A stretch of 33,513 bases of DNA. It comes from Octopus bimaculoides (lineage: Eukaryota). This document shows positions 23,842 through 33,513 of this stretch, one piece after another (position 1 is the first letter of the stretch; the number at the start of each line of letters is the position of its first letter). The position numbers and the translations under genes are program-made. The DNA lies in the NCBI RefSeq assembly GCF_001194135.2, contig NC_068982.1, forward strand, positions 42,782,413 through 42,815,925, written 5' to 3'. The notes under the pieces were generated by a model, which worked only from the letters and a program-made list of their open reading frames with translations, did not search any database and was not told the origin of the DNA.

Positions 23842-24532
23842 GCAGTCATATGGCTTCTATTTACTTTCGCTTTCTCTTATTGAATATTCGTTACTTTTAG
23901 AAGTTTTCTCTTGTATTTTTAAAAATTTTATTTTGAACTTTTAGCTTAATTACTAATATAATATTCCACATTCAGTATTGAGTACTTTCGTATAATTTGA
24001 ATCGCTTGCATTCAAATATTTACGTACGCACACACACGCATACATATACACACTTAGGTATGTATGTGCCTCTGCATACATTCCAGTTTATGTGTGTGTG
24101 TGAATATATATATACGAGTGTGTGTGTATGCGTATGTGTGTGTGTGTTTGTGTGGATAGATGCATATATGTTTAGCGTAATAAATACACCCATGCACGTA
24201 CCTAAATACTTATTATTTGTTTGGTTGTGTCTGTTAGTAAATCATTTATGTGTATTTATTTATATAGAGTATCTTTTATTCTTGTCTCTTCAAATTATAT
24301 TATATTATATTGCTTGATGCTCCCTCTTTTTGATGGTTACGTCTATCCACGCCGTACTATGAATGAGATTGAAACAAATTTTGAATGCAACTTTAAGCAC
24401 AGTTCACTTGACATGAGATATAGGTAAAATACACTTCACTCCCTCGCGAACAAAAAAGATTAGGGCAAGTAAGCACATAAAAGTAAATATATATTATTTC
24501 ACGTGAATGAGCATCATTCGTACGGTTTGTAT

Positions 24533-24537
<5 letters not shown>

Positions 24538-24602
<65 letters not shown>

Positions 24603-24771
24603 TCACATACTTTCTTTCTCCCACAAACAGTAACTTTCACGCTGATACATACATAATACAAACATACATATATACATACATACATACATACATACATGCA
24701 TGCATACATAGTACATACATACATACATACATACATACATACATACATACATACATACATACATACATACA
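24538..24771. repeat. (CA)n and (TACA)n microsatellites
   Basis: Read directly. Confidence 0.95.
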
Positions 24772-25816
24772 TGGTGGTATTCGACTTTTCGACTTTCTAG
24801 ACCCATATCACTCTAAGAAACATCTCAAGTTTGGTCTCCCCATTGCGAAGTCTCTATATATATTGGAACCGACAGTGAGAGTTCTCCCTATAAGCTGTAT
24901 ACACCTTATCTTGACGTTATTAGCTGTCTTGCACTTGTAATGTCTTCTGATGCCCTCTGATCGTGTAAGGGTGGCTCTGTAGAGCACAGCCCTTGAACGC
25001 CAGGATCTTTCCAGGAGACAACTGGTAGGATTTTGACAGTCACAGGTTGGGGCGTAGGCTGTGTAGGTATACATACATAGAGATAAAACTTACATGGAGA
25101 CAGCGCGTGGCGTCCGATCATATAATAACATAAATAATATATAAATATATGCGAGTATTGTAGTTCGCTTGAAGCATTGTGTATTGTTTGTAAGGAATAA
25201 AAAGTTTACAATGGTATAACAATGCACTATAGAACAAAAAATGCACTATATACCTGTTGTAACTTGGTTATCTATAGTCCTATGATATTTCGGAATTAGA
25301 ATTCCTTCTTCAGATCTTATTTGCTGGAGTCTCTGCTATGCGTATATCCATACATATATGTACATATCTACATCTATATGTATACATACATGCATAACAT
25401 ACATACATACATACATACATACAAACACACACACACACATACATACACACACGCGTGCGCACACACATATCATACATGTGTGTTGGTATTTGTTTCTACA
25501 TATACATGTATATATGTGTAGATAGGTAGATAGATTATTTGCACAAGATATCTTGTGGAAATATCTTTGGATTTGCTTTATTCACGTGTGCATAAAATCA
25601 CAGCAATGACTACATTTTGAGTCCTAATGAACTGTCAGTGATTAACATATCACTTAGAAAGATTAAAATTATATAAACCAGGTTCAAGTTGATCTGTATA
25701 TGTATGTGTACATAAATAGATGCATGTGTGTGCGTACGTATATTACATATATTTATATGTACGTGTGTGTATATCTGTGTGAGTATGTGTGAGTCTGTGT
25801 GTTTGTGTGCGTGTGT

Positions 25817-25859
<43 letters not shown>

Positions 25860-26018
25860 CACAGACAGAGAAACAAAGAGAGTGAAATGGGGAGACAGAG
25901 ATATAGATATATATAGTAGATACATAGATAGATCCATTTTAAGGTAATCATTTGGAGAAGTCTTCAATAAGAACAAAGAGCGGAATAGTTTGTTGAGACA
26001 TGTTTTTCTTTTTGACAG

Positions 26019-26168
26019 GCGTTTTTGACTCTTTTTGGTTCGATGAAATAAAATTCCGTGCAGTTCTTCAAATCTTCGGTTGCAATAACTTTGCAAATTG
26101 TCAGACTTGTATCCTAGGTCTCCGGACCATATCCCTGCTCACCGCTATCGTGCTGGAGATGGTTATCT
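26019..26168 (+). CDS. Candidate internal exon of an unidentified gene (150 nt, phase 1-1)
   Basis: Acceptor TGTTTTTCTTTTTGACAG at 26001-26018 and donor GTAAGT at 26169. Only one frame is open: (x)VFDSFWFDEIKFRAVLQIFGCNNFANCQTCILGLRTISLLTAIVLEMVI. I recognise no homology. Confidence 0.25.
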
Positions 26169-26529
26169 GTAAGTGCAAGCCCCATGAGACAGAGTGACTG
26201 TTCCAGCACATCTCCGGAGCAACGCCTTTTCTATTTTGTCTGCTGGGATCATGAGTCGGTCTGAATTACAGAAAATTGTACGTTCCAGTCCTTAATGTAA
26301 AATTACACGATATAAATTGCTCTATGTCCTAGACCCACTGTATATTTTGGATCTTTCAACATCCACTCTCATTCAAACAAATCGAACTATTTCGATCAAG
26401 TTTCGGCCTATATTGCAGTAGCATTCTATTATTCCCACTGGTTACTTCCCTTTAGCTAGATTTATTTAGATATTTTCTCTGCAACGTCTGTTTTAGATAG
26501 CCCACAATTTGCTTATTTTATTATGTCCA

Positions 26530-26955
26530 AAGTACCATAGACTTACAAAGAGACCGACCTCCGCTTCCACTATTTCCCGATCCCCACTGGCAAGCATCGT
26601 GTCTGCTATCAACTTATAGTACTTTGTCCCGTCTCCCTCTTGCGCCTCATTGATTAACTCTCCCAGGGCACAGTAAATTCAAATAAAATGAGCTGTAGTT
26701 GTCTCAGAAATCCTGATGTTTTGACTCATCGAGAGCAGAGGGTAAGTGTTGGCAATTTATGCTACTTCTCTAGGTCATCATCAAACATCATCAAATTGTT
26801 CTTGTGTTTTGTCTCACCCTCCTTTTTCTGATTGTAACTTGGGCTTTTGTTCCGTCGCTGAGTACCTTCCTGATTGTCTCAATTATGGTATTGAGGACTT
26901 GTCAAACAATAGCGTCCTTCGTTCAGGGTATTGGAACTGGTATTCAACATTCCAC
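26530..26955 (-). mobile_element. HERO/NeSL-like RLE non-LTR retrotransposon remnant
   Basis: Minus translation with frameshifts: LNTSSNTLNEGRY..D(K)VLNTIIETIRK...DLEK*HKLP...QLILFEFTVPWE..INEAQE..TKYYKLIAD...VEAEVG. This matches the L..GRY.WRHD.VL / L.ELTVPWE..I.EA.ERK..KY / VEVG pattern. Confidence 0.72.
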
Positions 26956-26966
26956 ATTGTTTCTGG

Positions 26967-27352
26967 TACTTGCTTCAGTCATTGGACTGCGGTCTTGCTG
27001 AGGAACCATCTTGGAGGGTTTTAGTCGCACATGTCGTCCCTAGTACTTACTTTTTAAGGTTGTTACTTGTTCAATCGATCATTTTAGCTGAACTGCTATG
27101 TTACATGTACGTAAACAAACCAACACCGATTGTCAAGCGGCGGAACAACAAATGCAGATACACATACACACACAAATACACATAGTATATATGACAAGCT
27201 TCTACATAGGTTCAATCGACCATATTCATTCACAAGTCATTGACCAGCCTGGAGCTGTAGCAGAAGACATGGTCTAGGTGCCGTGCAATGGAACGGAATT
27301 CGAAAGCCTGTGGTTGAATAGCGAGCTTCTTAACTACACTACCATGCCTGTG
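26967..27352 (-). mobile_element. SINE family D, full length
   Basis: TACTTGCTTCAGTCATTGGACTGCGGTC...GTAAACAAACCAACACCGATTGTCAAGCGG...CA/TA tract...GAGCTTCTTAACTACACTACCATGCCTG. Confidence 0.85.
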
Positions 27353-28315
27353 CCTATAGCCATGGTTGAATGAATGTAATCGTTTATTTATTCATTTATT
27401 TATTTATTGCTGATATTCTTAAAAGCATATTATCAATGCCTTTTAAATATTCCACGAATTGGGAGACCTAATTTAAATTTTTTTATTTTTCATTCCAATC
27501 TTGTTTTAGTTTTGAGCTCAGGAATACAGTCTGTTGACCGAAATATCAAATATGATTTACAAGATGTATTCATCTAGCTTTCTAAAATTAAAACTTTCAT
27601 ACACACACACATACATACATACATACATACATACATACATACATACGTATGTACATACATACATATATANNNNNNNNNNNNNNNNNNNNNNNNNNNNNNN
27701 NNNNNNNNNNNNNNNNNNNNNNNNNNNNNNNNNNNNNNNNNNNNNNNNNNNNNNNNNNNNNNNNATATATATACATATACGAATATAGATATATGTATAT
27801 ATGTATGTACGTATGTATGTACGTATGTATGTATATATGTATGCGAGTTTGTTAATAGTAAACAAACATCTCTTAAGGCTGAATACAACACTTTCAATTG
27901 TATGGGACGAAACACATCCTCTGTCAATAAACACAAAACATAAATAAAAACAAAATTATGAAAGAAATATAAAGTAAAATAGAATAAGCAATAAACTAAA
28001 ACTAATAAGATAACTTTAAATGATGTATTTAGTATTATGTAATATTTTGTGTCTATCAGACACACACGCACACACACATACATAAACATACAAAGACACA
28101 CACACACGCTCGCACACACTCACAATCACACGCATATTTATACCATATATGCGTGTGCGTGTTTGTGTGCATGCATTTACATGCATAAATACATCATGTA
28201 GCTATCAATATATACATGCGCACAAGCATATGTATATAAAAAACTTACACCCAAGCATACACACATTATTTCTCCTATATATATATATGTGTGTTTGTGT
28301 GTGTGTTTTTGTGTG

Positions 28316-28353
<38 letters not shown>

Positions 28354-28364
28354 GAAGAGACAGT

Positions 28365-28440
28365 GTGAGAGAGAGAGGGAGTGAGAGAGAGAGAGGGAGT
28401 GAGAGAGAGAGAGAGAGGGAGTGAGAGAGAGAGGGGGGAG
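28365..28440. repeat. Purine-rich minisatellite, three (GA)n-GGGAGT units
   Basis: Read directly. Confidence 0.85.
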
Positions 28441-28444
28441 AATA

Positions 28445-28550
28445 TGCGTAGTTGTGTGGTTAAGAAGATCGCTCATGAACACCCATGTTCAATCACAAGG
28501 CGTGGCATCTGAGTTTAACGTCAGTTACCATAAACTCAGGTCCGCCTAAC
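28445..28550 (+). mobile_element. SINE family D, degenerate 5' fragment
   Basis: GTTGTGTGGTTAAGAAGATCGCTC...GCGTGGCATCTGAG... resembles the family D head at 19242-19350. Confidence 0.55.
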
Positions 28551-28838
28551 CCCAGTAATTTTTTTTCATTTTGTAAGCGTGGTACTTACTCTATCGTTTT
28601 CTCTTGCCGAGCTGCTAAGTTACGGGTGACGTAAACATCTATGGTGTGACACACACGTACACACACGCATATATGTATATATGACGGGCTTTGTTCTGTT
28701 TCTGTCTACCAAATCCATTTACAAGGCATTAGTCCAGCTCGAGGTTATAGTAGACGCCTCTTGCTGAAGGTGTCACACAGTGGGACTGAATCCCGAATCA
28801 TACGGTTGGGAAAGAAGCTTCTTACCACACACTCACAC
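28550..28838 (-). mobile_element. SINE family D, 3'-shortened
   Basis: GGTACTTACTCTATCG...GCCGAGCTGCTAAGTTACGGG...ATGACGGGCTT...TCTACCAAATCCA...CAGTGGGACTGAATCCCG...AAGCTTCTTACCACAC. Confidence 0.85.
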
Positions 28839-29325
28839 CTATATGGTTAAACATTTATTTGTAATATAGCGTCAATATTTTTGTTGCTCAAAACTGCGAC
28901 CTTTTCACTGACAAAAAGAAAGCAAAAACAAAAGCAAAATAAGTGATAAGTTTCGTTCGTTTTTCTTTCCTTTGTGCTAGTGAACGGGTCGCTGTTTCGA
29001 GCGACAAACATTTTGACACCATATTACAAATACATGTTTGTTGGCGGTTCTTGTGTATTTCTGGTTGGTTAACTTGCATATTCTATGCTGCAATCGCTGG
29101 ATTAGACTTGTTTTACTAAATTACCATATATGCTCTCAAATACCTCTCACACTCTGTGCATTATGTTACTAACTGTCTGTAACAAGTTAACTGTTTATAA
29201 CAAGTATATATATTATACAGAATATTAAGATCGATTCACAAGAGCGTACTCATACAAATTATATATAAAATATACATAGACACGCACACATTAATGGCAA
29301 AATATAGTTTTAGCATAATCATCGT

Positions 29326-29703
29326 TCTTGTTGGCACTCCGTCGCTTACGACGTCGAGGGTTCCAGTTGATCCGATCAACGGAACAGCCTGCTCGTGAAA
29401 TCAACGTGCAAGTGGCTGCGCACTCCACAGACACGTCTACCCTTAACGTAGTTCTCGGGAATATTTAGCGTGACACAGTGTGACAAGGCTGACCCTTTGA
29501 ATTACAGGCACAACAGAAACAGGAAGTAAGAGTAAGTTGTGGTGGAAGAGTACAGCAGGGTTCGCCACCATCCCCTGCCGGAGCCTTGTGGAGCTTTAGG
29601 TGTTTTCGCTCAATAAACACTCACAACGCCTGGTCTGTGAATCGAAACTGCGATTCTACGACCGCGAGTCCGCTGCCCTAACCACTGCGCCATTGTGCCT
29701 CCA
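29326..29703 (-). mobile_element. tRNA-derived SINE family C, full length, with a 12-bp target-site duplication
   Basis: Reverse complement head GGAGGCACAATGGCGCAGTGGTTAGGGCAGCGGACTCGCGGTCG...TTTCGATTC (A-box TGGCGCAGTGG). Flanks are CATAATCATCGT (29314-29325) and CATGATCATCGT (29704-29715). The 3' ~175 nt are shared with family B. Confidence 0.9.
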
Positions 29704-29860
29704 CATGATCATCGTACCAGGATAAAGAAAGACATTAAAGAATGAAAAAATTCTCTCAGAAATTGTCATGCATTAAAACTTGTGGTATCTATCATAATCT
29801 AGATAACTGGGACCTCCAGTTCTACAACCAAAATCAACCCCAAATCAAATCAAAGTTTTA

Positions 29861-30227
29861 CTACTTCCAGATCTTGCCGGACAAGAATTGCCATCTCTCA
29901 ATTACATACCTGACGTCTTCGTGCAAAGCGCACCTAATGTTTGTTTGCGGCACCTTGAACTACTCAACAATGGCCCTCACCGACACGCTGCTGAGCTTGT
30001 CGTTTATAAAATCTTGCATCTGTTGCCTCAAATCCGCCGTTCTCAATGCAGTTCAACACAAAACGTTTCATTGTCATGGCATCGGCACAGATGATATTTC
30101 TCGTCCTGGAAAACACAGGACCTAGCATCGTTAAGAAACTGATGATGTTTGAGTTGCTGTGGCTGGAGATAAGACACATAAATGCGGCATACATTTTCAT
30201 TTCCTTTGTTAGATGGAGATCGACCAT
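29861..30227 (-). mobile_element. Degenerate Tc1/mariner-superfamily (maT/DD37D-like) transposase N-terminal remnant
   Basis: Piecing frames together gives MVDLHLTKEMKMYAAFMCLISSHSNSNIIS / FLNDARSCVF... / RTADLRQQMQDFINDKLSSVSVRAIVE*FKVPQTNIRCALHEDVRYVIERWQFLSGK. It resembles the LTQEMKR..FL.VARSFV / RT...Q.Q..I..DPS.SMRAIA....V....IR...HEDLRY....R.QFLS HTH region. The catalytic domain and TIRs are not seen. Confidence 0.6.
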
Positions 30228-30424
30228 ACTGATATTGTGGGTAGTTTTGAAACAGAAATAAGTTGAAATTGGACACATGACACAGAACAATACCTGGCCC
30301 TATTTCATTAATGGAAAGTTTGCTTACAAACAACTGGTGTCTCCTACACATATACCTTCACACATATAAATTCATATATACATGTGTGCGTGTGCAATTT
30401 ATATATATACGTGTGTGTGAGTGA

Positions 30425-30479
<55 letters not shown>

Positions 30480-30565
30480 TGTGTATAAACGCATACCATT
30501 ATGAAAAACAGCGGCAAATTTAACCACATACAAGAGTATGTTTTTCTGTTAATATACACAAACAA

Positions 30566-30611
<46 letters not shown>

Positions 30612-31087
30612 GTGCATGTGGATGTTCGTCCGTGTGTATTCGTGTGTATGGTAAAGGAGGCACGTATTTATAAAAGCAACATTTACAAGACCTTATAGTA
30701 TAAGCAATAGATTCCATCTCAATAAATTCAGCGTAAATAACATTGACATAACCTGCCGTACGTTTATTGTTTGATTCATTGAATGTAAAGACACTCATGT
30801 GTTTAAATAAGTGTCGATAAATAAGTATAGAAAGTCTTAATACAGCGGATATTTGTGTGGTAGTGTGTATTTTGAAACGCTGTTCTGTTCAAAAGCAGTC
30901 AATTATCCTTGATTTTCAAATGGCTTATTATTTGTGTGTAGCAAATGTTTCGATGTTCGATGGAGTGGGTGAATCTTTAATCTAACACGGACGTTCACAT
31001 ACCTATATAGGTACGCATGCACGCACATACACCTCAGACATACGCATACAAACAAACACTATCTATCTATATATCTATCTATCTGTT

Positions 31088-31134
<47 letters not shown>

Positions 31135-31227
31135 ACATACATACATACATACTTAGTTCACATATGAGATCCAGATATTCTCCGTATAGAAGACAGTAGT
31201 GCTAAAAAAATTCAAACTTAAACTACG

Positions 31228-31518
31228 ATGCCTTTACAGAGGATCATTCCTCCAGGTAAAGAAAGGCTACAAAAGGGATCAAGTTGGGCGGATGAAGAAG
31301 TAATTATGTGGATAAACAAATTAGACACATCAAATATATTTAATTTGTTAAATACATCAAATTCAAAATTAGTATATATGTATACATGGAAAACGACAGA
31401 AAGTAAAGAGTGGAAACTCTCAGGGGATGAATTTTTATGTATGAAAGGTTCAGAAACGGAAAAATATTGCCAACAGAACCAGCTGACACTTTCCATTATA
31501 CCCAGCAAAGTAAGCTGA
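31228..31518 (+). other. Unassigned 96-codon ORF in non-repetitive sequence
   Basis: ATG-to-TGA ORF (MPLQRIIPPGKERLQKGSSWADEEVIMWINKLD...) with no low-complexity content and no recognised domain. It may be chance or a TE remnant. Confidence 0.12.
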
Positions 31519-31530
31519 AAGCTTTCGCAA

Positions 31531-31800
31531 TGCCAGGCAGTGGTTCACATGATTTCTGATTTTAACTGATCGGAAGTGTTATCATGTATATATTGTGTCT
31601 TGGTATAAAAGATGGGCTATTCAACCTGAACAGAATTCTAACTGGGTCCCACCATGCGTTGTTTATCGTGATACGAGATCATCATGTCGTGCACATATGA
31701 TTGTGTATGGTGTACCCTTATCAGACGAGTAGTCATAATGGGCATGTTGGGCTTCGTATATTTGTACCCCAGTGTCACTTTGATGGCATGCACTGCTCTC
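31531..31800 (+). mobile_element. Element X, copy 3 (both ends, large internal deletion)
   Basis: The 5' CCAGGCAGTGG...AACTGATCGGAAGTGTTATCATGTA...TTGGTATAAAAGATGGGCTA matches copies 1 and 2. The 3' ...CCCCAGTGTCACTTTGATGGCATGCACTGCTCTC matches copy 2. Confidence 0.87.
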
Positions 31801-31910
<110 letters not shown>

Positions 31911-33111
31911 TCTTTTTTTATATAGAAATAATATATATAGTACGGTTTCTTACAAGAAATTCGAATTATCCAATGCTTTACGAACTTGTTCTCACTTTTT
32001 TTTATATATTTACCAGGATCATGGGATATATATTTTAATGCACCATTTCCAAATATTTTGTGTAACGTCGTATTTTCATAAGTTAATAAAAAACAGAAAC
32101 AGGAAGAAATTACGTTATATAGTAACTCTATAAGAAAGGTTTCAATTGTTCTGTATTATTAAAACTCTGGAGATACTGCTGGTGTTTTTTTAATGTTATC
32201 ACCTCACATAGATAACTTATCTTATGGTAAATATACTGATAATAATAAACATGAAACGACCGCACTCAACTCCTCTGCTGTATGCACAACCGATTTTTAA
32301 TGTAAATAGGTATCTGCTTGTTGTGCAAGGTTAATACAGATTTTTCAGAATATATCTCTCTAATATAAGTTTATGTTGAGGGAAAATCGGATGATCAATG
32401 TATAATACATAACATATTATGATAATATGATTTATATATATATATATATATATTGGTATGCTGCTATATTTCATGTTGAGAACTTTTTAGGTCTTAATAG
32501 ACACAAGATGTGATCTATTTCTAGCGCATTAATTGTCCACGTTAGTGGTCGACGTTATTTTTTAAAATGTACCTTAATCCCCTGAGATTGCAGATAATAT
32601 TTCTGAATCTCTTTGATTCTTTAAATGTGCTGGCCCCCNNNNNNNNNNTGTGTGTATGTATGTATGTATGTATATATATATGTATGTATATATATATGTA
32701 TATATATAACAATAATATTAGGGATAAAAATCCAAATTTACAGGTAAAAACTCAATTAAATTCAATTTATTAAAAATGACCCATTCACTTTCGTAAATTA
32801 TTTGGTATAAATCAAATTGAGTATGCTCATTTCTTAGTATCTGAACTGTTAGAGTTATTTTCGCAATTTATCCAGTACAACACTTAAACAATTAAAGAGT
32901 ATTTTCCTAAACAATAGATCCACTTATTTCGGTTTGTGACGAATATACCAACACTAGCGCCACTGACGTTAATATTCTCTGGGAACGCACAAAAGCCCTT
33001 TTCAGAGTTATTTACTTTGAATTGTTATTATCTCATACCTGATTAGACTGTTATTACGTAACATGCTTTACGATTTTAGTATACATGCCTTGTTAACATT
33101 TCCTCCTAAGT

Positions 33112-33413
33112 TCTATATATTCTGAGAACGTATTAAAGCCCTGTTCGGGGCTATTTTATTTGAATTCATACTATCGGGTAACTAATTTCATGTTATTACA
33201 AAACTGACTTCACAATTTGTTGTATTCATAACTTATTGGGAATTCCTAAAACAAGATCCTGTGTAAGACAGTTCGCTATTCTCTGTAAATGCACAAAAAC
33301 CGTTTTAAGGGCTACATACTTTGTATTGTTGTTACTGGATTAGTGAAACAATTATGAGAACAGAACCAAAGTATAAGCCCCGCTTTCCCGGGAAGTACGG
33401 GGTAGTCAGCTAG
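33112..33413 (+). mobile_element. Probable non-autonomous Helitron (3' end supported, 5' end tentative)
   Basis: A GC-rich hairpin CCCCG-CTTTCCCGGGAAGTA-CGGGG (33378-33402) ends 11 nt before the end of CTAG (33410-33413), which is followed by T; this is the canonical Helitron 3' signature. The candidate 5' TCTATATAT at 33112 is preceded by T rather than the expected A. Confidence 0.55.
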
Positions 33414-33513
33414 TATGTATATATATATGCATGAATGTATGTATGTATGTATGTATGTATGTATGTATGTATGTATGTATGTATTTATGTATATGTATGT
33501 GTGTGTATATATA

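Noticed and set aside
27870-27940. GAAACA-catcctc-TGTC^AATAAA resembling hammerhead stem III with a GUC cleavage site
   Set aside because: No intact CUGANGA core or stem I partner upstream (only CTGAATA), so it cannot be called a ribozyme.
17575-29010. Identical 12-mer GAGCGACAAACA at 17575 and 28999, both near hairpins
   Set aside because: Shared 12-mers are expected by chance many times in 33 kb, and the flanks do not align.

Overview
This is AT-rich eukaryotic non-coding DNA (intronic or intergenic) with ten N-gaps, mostly next to microsatellites. I find no confidently identifiable host protein-coding gene, rRNA, tRNA or CRISPR array. Most long ORFs in the supplied track are artefacts of reading through (TA)n/(CA)n/(ATT)n repeats or N-runs. 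The very dense microsatellites and the repeat families resemble an Octopus (coleoid cephalopod) genome; this is inference from recalled repeat sequences, not a database hit. The window is a mobile-element graveyard. It holds a nearly complete but broken Penelope-like element (RT + GIY-YIG, 8250-10075, minus) and four remnants of restriction-like-endonuclease (RLE) non-LTR retrotransposons (two R4/Dong-like, two HERO/NeSL-like). It also holds a Gypsy integrase C-terminal fragment, a maT-like transposase remnant, a mariner-type MITE, a probable non-autonomous Helitron and about 17 copies or fragments of four tRNA-derived SINE families (my labels A-D). The most interesting observation is a (TAA)n-centred pile-up at 231-3175. 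There an R4/Dong-like element sits inside (TAA)n arrays that overlap SINE tails. Beside it is a non-coding element with no tRNA head (three differently deleted copies in the window) showing the same (TAA)n polarity, a candidate non-autonomous partner of the R4/Dong element. All peptide motifs were translated by hand; family assignments need HMM/phylogeny confirmation and element boundaries are approximate.
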